Position numbers and translations under genes: made by a program. This document shows positions 49,481 to 58,806 of a stretch of DNA of 64,000 bases, piece by piece. The stretch comes from an uncultured Actinomycetota bacterium. GTDB lineage: Bacteria; Actinomycetota; Actinomycetes; JAHEKZ01. The notes beneath the pieces are model-generated. The model was not told where the DNA came from, made no database searches, and saw nothing but the letters and a program-made list of their open reading frames with translations. The DNA lies in assembly GCA_963829525.1 (NCBI GenBank), contig CAWHIJ010000003.1:384001-448000 (forward strand), read 5' to 3'. Position 1 is the stretch's first letter. Each line of letters opens with the position of its first letter.

Positions 49481-50170
49481 ATGGTGAGGCCCGAGAACCC
49501 CGCCGACGTCCGCATGATGGGCATCGTCCATGCGGCGCTGAAGCGAGACCTGCGACGAGTGCGCGAGGTGCTGGACGCCGACCCGCCGCCGCGGGGGCGG
49601 CAGCGGGTGGCCCTCGGCCAACACGTGGCCTGGATGCTCGAGTTCTTGCACGCGCACCACACCAGCGAAGACGCCGGCTTGTGGCCTCTGGTGCTGAGCC
49701 GCAATCCGGGCGCAGCCGAGCTGCTCGCTTCGCTGGAGGCCGACCATGCGCGCATCGCACCGCTGGCCGACGAGGCGGCGGCAGCCGCACAGCGATACGC
49801 CGAGACGACCACAGACGCCGAGTGTATCGCGCTGATTTCGGCGCTGGATCAGCTGAACGCCGTGCTGTTCGCGCACCTGGACCGCGAAGTGGCGGAGGCA
49901 ATGCCGGTGGTGGCGACCAGCATCACCGACCGGCAGTGGAACGCCGTCGAGCAGGAGTACAACATCAAGCCGAAGGGCACCCGACAGCTGGCCATGGAGG
50001 GGCACTGGCTGATCGAAGGGATCGACCCCGAGGGATACGAGGTTGTGGTCCACAAGGTGCCACCGCCGCTGCGGCTGCTCTTGCTCTACGGCTTCGGTCC
50101 TGCCTACCGACGCCGGGCCCGCGTCCGGTGGACGCCAGACCGGTCGCCCTCCGGACAGGTGGCGTCGTGA
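49481..50170 (+). CDS. Hemerythrin-like (HHE) domain protein
   Basis: VHAALKRD, HAHHTSED, EADH, HLDREV. Confidence 0.85.
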   Translation: MVRPENPADVRMMGIVHAALKRDLRRVREVLDADPPPRGRQRVALGQHVAWMLEFLHAHHTSEDAGLWPLVLSRNPGAAELLASLEADHARIAPLADEAAAAAQRYAETTTDAECIALISALDQLNAVLFAHLDREVAEAMPVVATSITDRQWNAVEQEYNIKPKGTRQLAMEGHWLIEGIDPEGYEVVVHKVPPPLRLLLLYGFGPAYRRRARVRWTPDRSPSGQVAS

Positions 50171-50808
50171 CGGCGGACGCTTCGCAGGTGCGGCAGCGCC
50201 CGTACCGATCGGCTCGCCGCCGGCAGCAGGCGGCGCAGACGCGGGCGCTGGTGCTCAAGGCGGCCACCGCTCTCTTCGAGGAGCGCGGATGGTCAGCCAC
50301 AAGCATTCGCGACATCGCCAAGTCCGCGGGCGTCGCAGTCGAGACGGTGTACGCGGGCTTCGGCTCCAAGGCGGCGCTGCTGCTTGCGGCCATCGACGTC
50401 AGCGTGGTCGGTGACACGCAACCGGTGCCGCTGTCAGACCGTGCGGAGTTCGCTGCCCTGGGACGAGGCGACTTCACCCAACGGGTCGAAGCGGCAGCTC
50501 GGCTGCTTACGGGCATCAACCAACGAACGTGGCGACTGCGCCGCGCGCTGAGTGAGGCGGCGGTGGGCGACCCCCAGCTCGGGACGAAGCTCAAGGAGCT
50601 GGAGAAGCGGAGGCGGCTGAACATCAGTCAAGGCGTCGCGAAGGTCCTCGGTCACGCAGTCCCTGATGACGTGCTCGACGGGCTGTGGGTATTCATGGGT
50701 GCGGATGCGTTCCACCTTCTGACCGAGATCGGCGGACGATCCTCCGAGCAGTACGAGCAGTGGCTGCTGACGACGATCCAGCGGCATCTGGACCACGCCC
50801 AGATGTGA
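50167..50808 (+). CDS. TetR family transcriptional regulator
   Basis: GTGA overlap. RPYRSARRRQQA..TSIRDIAKSAGVAVETVYAGFGSK. Confidence 0.9.
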   Translation: MTADASQVRQRPYRSARRRQQAAQTRALVLKAATALFEERGWSATSIRDIAKSAGVAVETVYAGFGSKAALLLAAIDVSVVGDTQPVPLSDRAEFAALGRGDFTQRVEAAARLLTGINQRTWRLRRALSEAAVGDPQLGTKLKELEKRRRLNISQGVAKVLGHAVPDDVLDGLWVFMGADAFHLLTEIGGRSSEQYEQWLLTTIQRHLDHAQM

Positions 50809-50838
50809 GGGACGTGGCGAAGCGATGGGACCGAGGTC

Positions 50839-51330
50839 ATGAGTGAGGTGCAGAAGGAGTCGCGAGTCGAGGTCGTGGTCGCCGCCAGGCCGGGCGAGGT
50901 GTGGGACGTCCTGGTCGACGTCACCCGGATCGGCGAATGGAGCCACGAGTGCCGATCTGCGCACTGGCTCGGCGATGACCACCGACCCCGTCCCGGTGCG
51001 ACATTCGTGGGACGCAACCGGGTGGGCTGGCTGTCGTGGAGCCGCATCAACGAGATCGTCTCAGCCGAGGCGCCCCGCGAGCTCGTGTGGCGCACGGTGC
51101 CGACCCCGCTGTTCCCTGACAGCACCCTGTGGCGGGTCGAGCTGCAGCTGGTGGACGGTGGCACCACTATCCGTCAGTCCTTCTCGGTCCTGCGGGCACC
51201 GTGGTTGCTGGACCGGGTCTACGCCAGCCTCATCCCGGCCCACCAAGACCGCGACTCCAAACTGAAGCAAGACCTGATTCGGCTCGGCGCCGCTGCACAG
51301 CGAGGAGCGAAGACACGTCTCGGCGACTGA
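50839..51330 (+). CDS. SRPBCC (polyketide cyclase/START) family protein
   Basis: VWDVLVDVTRIGEWSHEC, GATFVGRN, RELVW. Confidence 0.85.
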   Translation: MSEVQKESRVEVVVAARPGEVWDVLVDVTRIGEWSHECRSAHWLGDDHRPRPGATFVGRNRVGWLSWSRINEIVSAEAPRELVWRTVPTPLFPDSTLWRVELQLVDGGTTIRQSFSVLRAPWLLDRVYASLIPAHQDRDSKLKQDLIRLGAAAQRGAKTRLGD

Positions 51331-51503
51331 CTCGAATCGGCAACCGGATCGGAGTGGGGCTCTACCGGCTCCTCGACGGCCGTTCCTCGGCGGCTCGCGA
51401 CGACATGTGGACCGATGTCGTGCTGGCCGAGGTGCCAGCGGTCGCCAGGTATGCGCGAAAGGCCGGCAGGACCATTCCCATCGCGATCCTTCAGCCGGTC
51501 GAC
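51321..51503 (+). pseudogene. Internally deleted deazaflavin (F420)-dependent nitroreductase-family remnant
   Basis: N-terminal RIGNRIGVGLYRLLDGR is joined directly to C-terminal RDDMW..VARYARKAGRTIPIAILQP. The central GRKSG/WYxN core is missing. Confidence 0.6.
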
Positions 51504-51565
51504 GAAGGGGCGGCAACGAGACCCCATAGCTCGGCAGGGCGCGCTCGTGGCTGGCAGTCGCCGCG

Positions 51566-51902
51566 TCACAGGTCGAGGAAGTCGCGAACCCAGCCACGCA
51601 GCTCTTGCAGGGTTAACGCGTCGACGCGGCCGGGTCGGCCGACAATGCGTTCGCGCGAGATCGTGCGCACCTGCTCGGTCATCGCCCACGAAGGCTGTGG
51701 CAGCTCGATGTCACTGAGCGGGGACGTGGTTGGGCCAGGCACGGTCGACACTGGTGACGGGCACAACGATCGCCAGGGTCTCGACGGTGTTGAGGTAGTC
51801 GATGCCGCTGATCACGACGGCTGGTCGGCGGCCGGCTTGCTCGCGGCCAACGGTCGGGTCGGGTGCCACCCACACGACGTCTCCGGGTGCGAGGTCAATC
51901 AC
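51566..51902 (-). pseudogene. mazF: PemK/MazF toxin, +1 frameshift at G4 run 51720-51723
   Basis: GDVVWV..GREQAGRRPAVVIS..VPVTS..NHVP in one frame; LSDIELPQPSWAMTEQVRTISRERI in the next. Confidence 0.82.
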
Positions 51903-52119
51903 GGTCGAGCTGTTCCCAGGCCGCCACCTCGTCGGCGTACGACGCCATGGCCTCGGGAGGGGTGTCAGCGATCGCCTGACGCATGGCCTGGAAGCGGCCC
52001 TCGCGATCGGCCAGGTCGGCGAGGTGGGCGAGGTGCTCGCCCAACGTCCGGTGCGCGCGCGACGCCTGTGCCTTGAGACGGTCGCGCACGTCGTTCGAGA
52101 CCTTGATGGTCGTAGTCAT
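51895..52119 (-). CDS. Antitoxin (RHH-like) of the MazF module
   Basis: MTTTIKVSNDVRDRLKAQA, acidic C-terminus, overlaps the toxin start. Confidence 0.8.
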   Translation of the reverse strand: MTTTIKVSNDVRDRLKAQASRAHRTLGEHLAHLADLADREGRFQAMRQAIADTPPEAMASYADEVAAWEQLDRD

Positions 52120-52142
52120 ACTATGAGTATACCAAGAGTATG
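52117..52142. promoter_or_regulatory. TA operator/promoter (leaderless)
   Basis: CATACTATGAGTATACCAAGAGTATG contains tandem ATAC-N5-GTAT palindromes overlapping a minus-strand TATACT -10. Confidence 0.65.
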
Positions 52143-52182
52143 CACGCCATGCCCGTCTCGCTGCTGAGAGGGCCTTGGTCCG

Positions 52183-52584
52183 TTAGCCGAACCCGGCCAG
52201 CAGCTCGAAGGTGCAGAGTGGGCCCGTGGCGCGGCTCAGGCGCCGGTCCGCCGTGAACAAAGGAGCGTCGAGCGCCTCGGCGAGGGCAACGTACGCGGCG
52301 TCGTAGGTGGTCAGGTTCGGGCGCAGCTCCCACACTCGCGGCAGCAGGTGCGTGTGCCTCGCGCTCTGGACGGGAAGGTCCAGCAGATCGTCAAGTGCCA
52401 GTGCGGCGCGGCGAGGTGGCGCGTGGCCACGGTTGACGAGCCGTCGGAGGGCCGAGGCGACTTCGAGGTAGACCAGTTCTGGTGCGGCGAGTTCCTCGCC
52501 GCGCAGTCGGTGTCGTGCTTGGTCGCCGAGCGCCGTGTCGTCGACGAGAGCGACGACGAGCACGCTCGCGTCAGCGACGATCAC
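52183..52584 (-). CDS. vapC: VapC PIN-domain toxin
   Basis: VADASV, APELVYLEV, TTYDAAYVALAE, TADRRL. Confidence 0.9.
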   Translation of the reverse strand: MIVADASVLVVALVDDTALGDQARHRLRGEELAAPELVYLEVASALRRLVNRGHAPPRRAALALDDLLDLPVQSARHTHLLPRVWELRPNLTTYDAAYVALAEALDAPLFTADRRLSRATGPLCTFELLAGFG

Positions 52585-52801
52585 GGTCTTCGTGGAGAGC
52601 TGCGAGGACCTCGTCGAGAGGTGCAGTGCCGCCCGCCCGGCCACCAGCTCGGTCGAGCACCTCGTCGACCGTCGGGCGACTGGCCTGCTCGATCAACCAG
52701 CTGCGCAGGTATTCCTGCAGTGACTGGTGGGCCGCGGCGGCCCGTCGGCGCAGCACGGCGTGGGTCGCTTCGGGGACGTCCTTGATCTGAATGCTGGGCA
52801 T
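52571..52801 (-). CDS. vapB: FitA-like RHH antitoxin
   Basis: MPSIQIKDVPEATHAVLRRRAAAAHQSLQEYL, overlaps vapC. Confidence 0.88.
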   Translation of the reverse strand: MPSIQIKDVPEATHAVLRRRAAAAHQSLQEYLRSWLIEQASRPTVDEVLDRAGGRAGGTAPLDEVLAALHEDRDRR

Positions 52802-52819
52802 GGCGCCATTTTGGCGCCA
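52801..52819. promoter_or_regulatory. Putative VapBC operator
   Basis: TGGCGCCA-TTT-TGGCGCCA, two 8-bp palindromes abutting the antitoxin start. Confidence 0.6.
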
Positions 52820-52850
52820 CTTGCGTCGGATCACAAGTGACTGTCCTCGG

Positions 52851-53417
52851 TCATGGCCCGTTTGGTGATGGCAAGGACGCCGCTTCCCGGGCCGAGCTCA
52901 CACGTGAGGGCAGACCCGTCTCGCCATATCCGCACCCCACGCACTGCGCCACGACCACCGATCGCACCTCCCCGTCCTCGACCATGACGAGCGTTAGGCG
53001 TCCGGTGTAGTCGCTCTCGAGCGCGACCGCTCCGAGCAGCTCATGGTCGAAGGTGAACTCCGCGAACCGAGGGTCGCCCTCGTGAAGGCGAGCGGCGTCG
53101 GGTGTCAAGAAGTGGTCGAGCAGATGCTGCAGGCACTCGAGTGGACGCCATATGCCGTCACGGTCTTTGGTGTGCATTGATTCGCCGCTGAAGTCTGGCC
53201 CCCACGAGATTTCATCGCGGCCGGAGATCACGTAGTCGCCGTCGTCGGCCGCCGCGAACGCACGCCGCTCCGCCAAGAGCGGGTGGTCGTCCACGTGATT
53301 CGGGTCGCCTGCGACGCTCGTCCTCGTTTCCGCGTAGGCGGCTAGGTACTGCTGCTCAGCAGTGTTCAGCGGCGGGACGATGTCGAGGTGGCCGAGGCCA
53401 TGGATGCGTTCGCCCAT
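52851..53417 (-). CDS. Hypothetical protein
   Basis: RBS AAGGAG, MGERIHGLGHLDIVPPLN..LLDHFL..FTFDH. Confidence 0.6.
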   Translation of the reverse strand: MGERIHGLGHLDIVPPLNTAEQQYLAAYAETRTSVAGDPNHVDDHPLLAERRAFAAADDGDYVISGRDEISWGPDFSGESMHTKDRDGIWRPLECLQHLLDHFLTPDAARLHEGDPRFAEFTFDHELLGAVALESDYTGRLTLVMVEDGEVRSVVVAQCVGCGYGETGLPSRVSSAREAASLPSPNGP

Positions 53418-53531
53418 GAGGTGCTCCTTTCGTCGGAGCGAAAGCCTGGCGGCGAGGGGAGCGTTCGGCCAGCGGATCGGGTCGCCTGTGGATATCCGGT
53501 GGCGGCGCACCATCTCCGGCACTCTCGCGTC

Positions 53532-53984
53532 ATGACATTTCGCGACCTTGACCCCTGGGACTTCGCTGATCCCGAGCGGCTGCTCCACGACATCGCTGCC
53601 CGAACACCCCTTCAGGCGCATCAACCGATCCTTGCTCTGGTCGCGGACGCCGCAGGTAGCTGCGAGCTGATCGACTGCACCTGCGTGGAGGTCGCACCCG
53701 GGACGCACTGGCACGACGCGTCGGACATCCTGCGTGCCGCCGCGGAACGTTTGCCCCTGCCGAACGACTGGGACACACCCCGGACCGGCCTGCTGCTCGT
53801 CGCGCCACGGCCTGGTCGGGTCGTGTTCGGGCCGGCCGAGGGGTACTGGCTTCGCGCCTGTCGGTACATCAACCTCGGACGCCTGATCTTCGGGCCCGAT
53901 CTGGCGCTGGTCACCGAGCACGGGTGGCGCATCTTCCTGCAGGAGGCGTGCGGAGGCGCTCCGCGCGTGGAACATCGTGGCTGA
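53532..53984 (+). CDS. Hypothetical protein
   Basis: MTFRDLDPWDF..RPGRVV..WLRACRY..LVTEHGW. Confidence 0.55.
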   Translation: MTFRDLDPWDFADPERLLHDIAARTPLQAHQPILALVADAAGSCELIDCTCVEVAPGTHWHDASDILRAAAERLPLPNDWDTPRTGLLLVAPRPGRVVFGPAEGYWLRACRYINLGRLIFGPDLALVTEHGWRIFLQEACGGAPRVEHRG

Positions 53985-54341
53985 GCTGCTCGAGCACGAG
54001 CTGGGGTTAGGAAGCGAGGTAGTACTCAGCCCCCAAGATGGGCTCGTCACTCAGGCCCGTCCGGACTTCGTGTTCTGGCTGGACGAGGGCCGCGGAATCA
54101 CGACCGCAAGGATATGTGGAAGGCCCATATCTCACCTGATACCCAGCATCTGTTTCTCGTAGTGCCGCAGGCGAACTGGGGTGTGGGAGGGCGAGCCCGT
54201 GAGAAGCCTTTCCCGAGGGTGGCGTATCGGTTGGCTGCATTCTTCGGAGATGCACGTCGAGAGCTAGATGTCGTCAGCGCGCACATCTTCGGATACGGGC
54301 AACTGGACGGGCCGGTCACGGACGTCGACCCGGAGATCTAG
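53977..54341 (+). pseudogene. Frameshifted/deleted remnant, possibly PD-(D/E)xK nuclease-like
   Basis: ARPDFVFWLDEGRGI in one frame continues as NHDRKDMWKAHISPDTQHLFLVVP in another across AATC at ~54095. Confidence 0.4.
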
Positions 54342-55150
54342 TCCTGCGCGTCCTTGAGGACGTTACGCGCGAGGCGTACAAGAGGTTCGTCGATCATGAG
54401 TCCCTCGACAACTTCGACGCCCCCACCATTCACTGCGTCGAGGACTTGCCTCGCCCACTTCACTTGGTCCGATGAGGGCTCCCAGGTCGCCCTGATGGTC
54501 TCAACCTGGTTGGGATGAATGCAGGCCTTACCTGCGAAGCCAGACGCTGCGGCATCCCGCGATTCTCGCTGGAGTGGCTGATTGCTGTGGAGGTCGAGAA
54601 CGACCGCATCGATAGCGGCGACGCCTTGTGCTCCTGCGGCCAACAGCACCATTGACCGTGCTTGCTGTGCGACGTCGAGGTAGGAGCTATCCGCGCGTCG
54701 GCTTGATCGCCCCCCCAGCGAGACGATCAGGTCCTCCGCCCCCCACATCAGCGCCACCACGCACGGCACCTCCGCGATAGCCGGTGCCCGAAGCACTCCA
54801 CGCGCCGTTTCGCACAGCGCGATCACCTCAAATCGATCCAACTGCGCGATTGCCTCGGGATCCTCGGCCTTAGGCACCATGATCCGGCCGTACGCCGTCT
54901 GCTCGAGCGCCTCGAGATCCAGCGCATAATCCGGCGTCCCGATCGCATTAACCCGCACGATGACCGCGTCCGGATCCACGGGGTTGTCGATCAACGCCTG
55001 GCGCGCGGAGGCCTTGTCTGCAGGGGCGACGGCATCCTCGAGGTCGAGGATCGCGAAGTCGGCCGCATCCAGTGCCTTCTGGTACCGGTCCGGCCGCGAC
55101 GCCGGACAGAACAAGTACGCGGGCCCGGACTCCGGCGCGATCGGCTTCAT
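54338..55150 (-). CDS. citE: CitE/HpcH-HpaI family acyl-CoA lyase (Rv2498c-like)
   Basis: LFCPASRPDR, LDLEDAV, VRVN, PKAE, CETARG, WGAEDL, GKACIHPNQ, MIDEP. Confidence 0.88.
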   Translation of the reverse strand: MKPIAPESGPAYLFCPASRPDRYQKALDAADFAILDLEDAVAPADKASARQALIDNPVDPDAVIVRVNAIGTPDYALDLEALEQTAYGRIMVPKAEDPEAIAQLDRFEVIALCETARGVLRAPAIAEVPCVVALMWGAEDLIVSLGGRSSRRADSSYLDVAQQARSMVLLAAGAQGVAAIDAVVLDLHSNQPLQRESRDAAASGFAGKACIHPNQVETIRATWEPSSDQVKWARQVLDAVNGGGVEVVEGLMIDEPLVRLARNVLKDAQD

Positions 55151-55629
55151 CGTGGGTTCATCTTCCACAGCACGTTCCTCGTCGCCTGCACGACGAGCTC
55201 ACCGTTCTGGTTGCGCCCCTCGTGTTGCAGGGTGACGACTCCCTGACCGCTGCGGCTCATCGATGGTCGCTTGTTCACCACCACAGTCTCGGCATGCAGC
55301 GTGTCACCGTGAAACAGGGGCGCCGGGAAGGAGACCTCGTCGAACCCAAGGTTGGCGACCAGGGTTCCCTGCGTCAGCTGGTTTACGGACAGTCCCACCA
55401 CCATCGCCAGCGTCATCATGCTGTTGACGAGCCGGCCACCGAACTCCTGCTGAGCGGCATACGTCTCGTCGACATGAACCGCTTGCTGATTCATCGTGAG
55501 CGCGCTGAAGAGGGTGTTGTCGGCCTCACCGATGGTGCGCCCCGGCGCGTGGACGTAGCGCGCTCCGACCGTTAGCTCTTCGAACCAGAGACCACGCTGC
55601 CGCACGACCTCTTCCGACGCGTCTTCCAT
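55147..55629 (-). CDS. MaoC family dehydratase (Rv2499c-like)
   Basis: QRGLWFEEL, DNTLFSALTMNQQAVH, ANLGF, FPAPLFHGDTL. Confidence 0.9.
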   Translation of the reverse strand: MEDASEEVVRQRGLWFEELTVGARYVHAPGRTIGEADNTLFSALTMNQQAVHVDETYAAQQEFGGRLVNSMMTLAMVVGLSVNQLTQGTLVANLGFDEVSFPAPLFHGDTLHAETVVVNKRPSMSRSGQGVVTLQHEGRNQNGELVVQATRNVLWKMNPR

Positions 55630-55653
55630 ACCGTCCTCCGTTGCGTTCTGGTC

Positions 55654-56091
55654 TCAGGCCCTGGCACGAAGCTGCTGTAGCTTTTCCTGACACTGCTCGG
55701 ACACCTCAGCGAGCTCGTCCAGCGTGCGCGCTATGTCGCGTTGCCGCGCAGTCAGCTCAATGCTGATCTCCCCGACCCGTGACACGACTCGCTCCAGCTG
55801 CCGGATTCTGCTTGACTCCGCTCCGTCATACATCGAGAGGATCTCAGCAATCTCGGGTAGCGACATGCCAAATCGCTTACCCCGCAGAATTAGCTGCATG
55901 CGCGTCCGGTCGCGACGTGTGTAGGTCCGCGAGCCGCCAGGCCCGCGGATTGGGTCGATCAGGCCCTCGGACTCGTAGAAGCGCAGAGTCCGCGGTGTCA
56001 CGTCGAGCTCGGCGGCGAGGTCGCCGATCGACCAGGTTTCTCGGGACGCGGAAAGAACCTCGTCCTGGGCCTTGCCAACGGTAGGGGGCAT
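55654..56091 (-). CDS. liuR: MerR family regulator (LiuR-like)
   Basis: WSIGDLAAELDVTPRTLRFYE..LILRGKRFGMSLPEI, adjacent LiuR box. Confidence 0.82.
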   Translation of the reverse strand: MPPTVGKAQDEVLSASRETWSIGDLAAELDVTPRTLRFYESEGLIDPIRGPGGSRTYTRRDRTRMQLILRGKRFGMSLPEIAEILSMYDGAESSRIRQLERVVSRVGEISIELTARQRDIARTLDELAEVSEQCQEKLQQLRARA

Positions 56092-56104
56092 GGGGTTAGC
56101 CTGA

Positions 56105-56126
56105 TTGACGTTAACGTAAACGTCAA
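56105..56126. promoter_or_regulatory. LiuR operator
   Basis: TTGACGTTAACGTAAACGTCAA, near-perfect 22-bp palindrome of LiuR type between divergent genes. Confidence 0.85.
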
Positions 56127-56146
56127 GCAGGCGGGCGGGTGAGGGC

Positions 56147-57332
56147 ATGGGCTTCGAGCTGACTGACGAGCAGCGGGCGCTGCGCGACCTGGTGCGCGAC
56201 TTCGCGAAGGCCGAGATCACCCCGCACGCGGCCGACTGGGACCGCACCCGCACTTTCCCGGTCGACCTCATCCCCAAGCTCGGCGACCTCGGGCTCTTCG
56301 GGCTCACCGCCCCCGAGCAGTACGGCGGCGCCGCGGCTGACTTCACCTCCCTGTGTCTGGCCGTCGAAGAGCTCGGCCGCGCCGACCAGTCGATCGGGAT
56401 CACGCTTGTCGGCCGCGGTCGGTCTCGGCATCAACCCGATCCTCACTTTCGGCAGTGACGAGCAGCGCGACCGGTGGCTGCCCGACCTTGTCGCCGGACG
56501 CGCGCTCGCCGCCTTCGGGCTCACCGAGCCGGACGCCGGCACCGACGCGGGCGCGACCCGCACACACGCCGAACTGCACGACGGTGACTGGGTCATCAAC
56601 GGCACGAAGGCGTTCATCACCAACTCCGGCACCGCAATCACGTCGTGCGTCACGATCACTGTGCGCACTGGGTCGCTCGACGACGGGCGACCCGAGATCT
56701 CGACGTTGATCGTGCCGTCCGGCACGCCGGGCTTCACCGTCGAACCCGCCTACGACAAGCTCGGCTGGCACGCGTCCGACACCCACGGACTCACCTTCGA
56801 AGACTGCCGCGTCCCCGAGGACGCGCTCCTCGGTCCCCGGGGTGACGGCCTGCGCCAGATGCTCGGCATCCTCGACGACGGGCGCATCGCGATCGCCGCA
56901 CTGTCGGTCGGTTTGATCGCCGCGTGCCTCGACGAGTGCGTCGCTTACGCCGGGACGCGCACGACGTTCGGCCAACCGATCGGATCGCGCCAGGGGGTCG
57001 CGTTTCCGCTCAGTGACCTTGCCGTCGACCTCGAGGCGGCGCGCCTGCTCACCTACCAGGCGGCGTCGCTCAAGGACGCCGGACGCGGTCGCGCCGAGGT
57101 GTCGAAGGCCGCCGCCATCGCCAAGCTCTTCGCCACCGAGGCGGCGGTGAAGGCCACCCGCACCGCGACGCAGGTCTTCGGCGGCTATGGCTTCATGGAG
57201 GAGTCACCGGTGGCCCGGCTCTACCGCGACGCGAAGATCCTGGAGGTCGGCGAGGGCACGTCAGAGGTGCAGCGCATGGTGATCGCCCGCCATCTCGGAC
57301 TCCCGCTCACGACGGGGTCAGCGGCCTCATGA
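56147..57332 (+). CDS. Acyl-CoA dehydrogenase (FadE19/isovaleryl-CoA DH-like), +1 frameshift at 56406-56407
   Basis: N-terminus ..ADQSIGITL joins SAAVGLG..FGLTEPDAG..NGTKAFITN..FGGYG..YRDAKILEVGEGTSEVQR if one T is removed. Confidence 0.88.
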
Positions 57333-58780
57333 CCGAGTACGAACGACTCACCGCACGCCAACGCGTCGCCTTGCTCTTCGACGCCAGCACTTTCGTCGAG
57401 GACGGCGCACTGGCGAACGCGCTTGCCGAGGGTCTGCCCGCCGACGGAGTGGTGACCGGGCAGGGGCTCGTCGAGGGGCGTCCCGCGCTCGTCGTCGCCA
57501 ACGACTGGACGGTGAAGGCGGGCTCGTGGGGAGCGCGCACCGTCGAGAAGATCGTCCGCGTGACCGAGCGAGCACTCGCCGCAGAGCTGCCGATCTTCTG
57601 GTTCATCGACTCCGCTGGTGCGCGGATCACCGACCAGGTCGACCTCTTCCCAGGACGGCGCGGCGCAGGGCGGATCTTCGCCAACCAGGTCGCGCTGTCG
57701 GGGCGAGTGCCACAGATCTGCTGCTTGTTCGGTCCGTCCGCCGCCGGTGGCGCGTACATCCCTGCATTCTGCGATGTCGTGTTCATGGTGGAGGAGCGCG
57801 CCTCCATGTACCTCGGGTCGCCGCGCATGGCCGAGGTCGTGATCGGTGAGACGGTGACGCTGGAGGAGATGGGCGGCGCGCGCATGCACGCCACCGTCTC
57901 CGGTTGCGGCGACAACCTGGTCGCGGATGACCGCGAGGCGATCGAGGACGCCAAGTACTACTTCAGCTACCTGCCGACTCATTGGCGCGATGGGCCACCG
58001 CGCTACGACCCGCAAGAGCCAGCTACCGAACTCGCCGCGTCGGTCATCCCGCAGTCGGAGTCGGCGCCGTTCGACATGCACGCCGTGATCGACGGCCTCG
58101 TCGACGCGGAATCCTTCCTCGAGCTCAAGCCCTTGTTCGCGGCCGAGCTGGTCACCGGTCTGGCGCGGATCGACGGACGCGCCGTCGGGGTCGTCGCGAA
58201 CAACTCGGCGGTGCGCGGCGGCGTGCTGTTCAACGACTCCGCCGACAAGGCGGCGCGCTTCATCTGGTTCTGCGACGCGTTCAACATCCCGCTGCTCTAC
58301 CTCGCCGACGTGCCCGGCTTCATGATCGGTGCGCAGGTGGAGCGGCAGGGCATCATCCGGCACGGCGCCAAGATGATCACCGCTGTTGCCGAGGCGACGG
58401 TGCCGCAGATCTCGGTGATCGTCCGTAAGGCTTATGGCGCCGGCCTCTATGCCATGGGTGGGCCCGGGTTCAGCCCGGACGCGTGCCTGGCACTGCCGTC
58501 GGCGCACATCGCGGTGATGGGCCCCGACGCCGCAGTGAACGCGGTCTACGCCAAGAAGATCGAGGCGATCTCGGACGAAGAAGAGCGCGCGACCTACGTC
58601 GCCGCGAAGCGCGCCGAGTACGAGGAGGACGTCGACCTGATGCGTCTGGCGTCCGACCTGGTGATCGACGGCATCGTGGAGGCAGCTGACCTGCGCGCCG
58701 AGCTCGTGCGCCGCTACGCCGCACTCGACGGCAAGCACCGGCCGCTGCCCGAGAAGCGCCACGGCGTCCCCCCTGGGTGA
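57329..58780 (+). CDS. Acyl-CoA carboxylase carboxyltransferase subunit
   Basis: DGVVTG, VKAGSWG, DSAGARI, AAGGAY, DVPGFMIG, RKAYGAG. Confidence 0.92.
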   Translation: MTEYERLTARQRVALLFDASTFVEDGALANALAEGLPADGVVTGQGLVEGRPALVVANDWTVKAGSWGARTVEKIVRVTERALAAELPIFWFIDSAGARITDQVDLFPGRRGAGRIFANQVALSGRVPQICCLFGPSAAGGAYIPAFCDVVFMVEERASMYLGSPRMAEVVIGETVTLEEMGGARMHATVSGCGDNLVADDREAIEDAKYYFSYLPTHWRDGPPRYDPQEPATELAASVIPQSESAPFDMHAVIDGLVDAESFLELKPLFAAELVTGLARIDGRAVGVVANNSAVRGGVLFNDSADKAARFIWFCDAFNIPLLYLADVPGFMIGAQVERQGIIRHGAKMITAVAEATVPQISVIVRKAYGAGLYAMGGPGFSPDACLALPSAHIAVMGPDAAVNAVYAKKIEAISDEEERATYVAAKRAEYEEDVDLMRLASDLVIDGIVEAADLRAELVRRYAALDGKHRPLPEKRHGVPPG

Positions 58781-58806
58781 AAACCGCCACGGCGGCGCCA
58801 CAGGCT

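Noticed and set aside
53486-53494. DnaA-box-like TGTGGATAT
   Set aside because: Single mismatched copy with no oriC context
52851-54050. 399-aa minus-strand ORF as a single gene
   Set aside because: The 5' half is antisense to a plus-strand ORF; RBS supports a start at 53417
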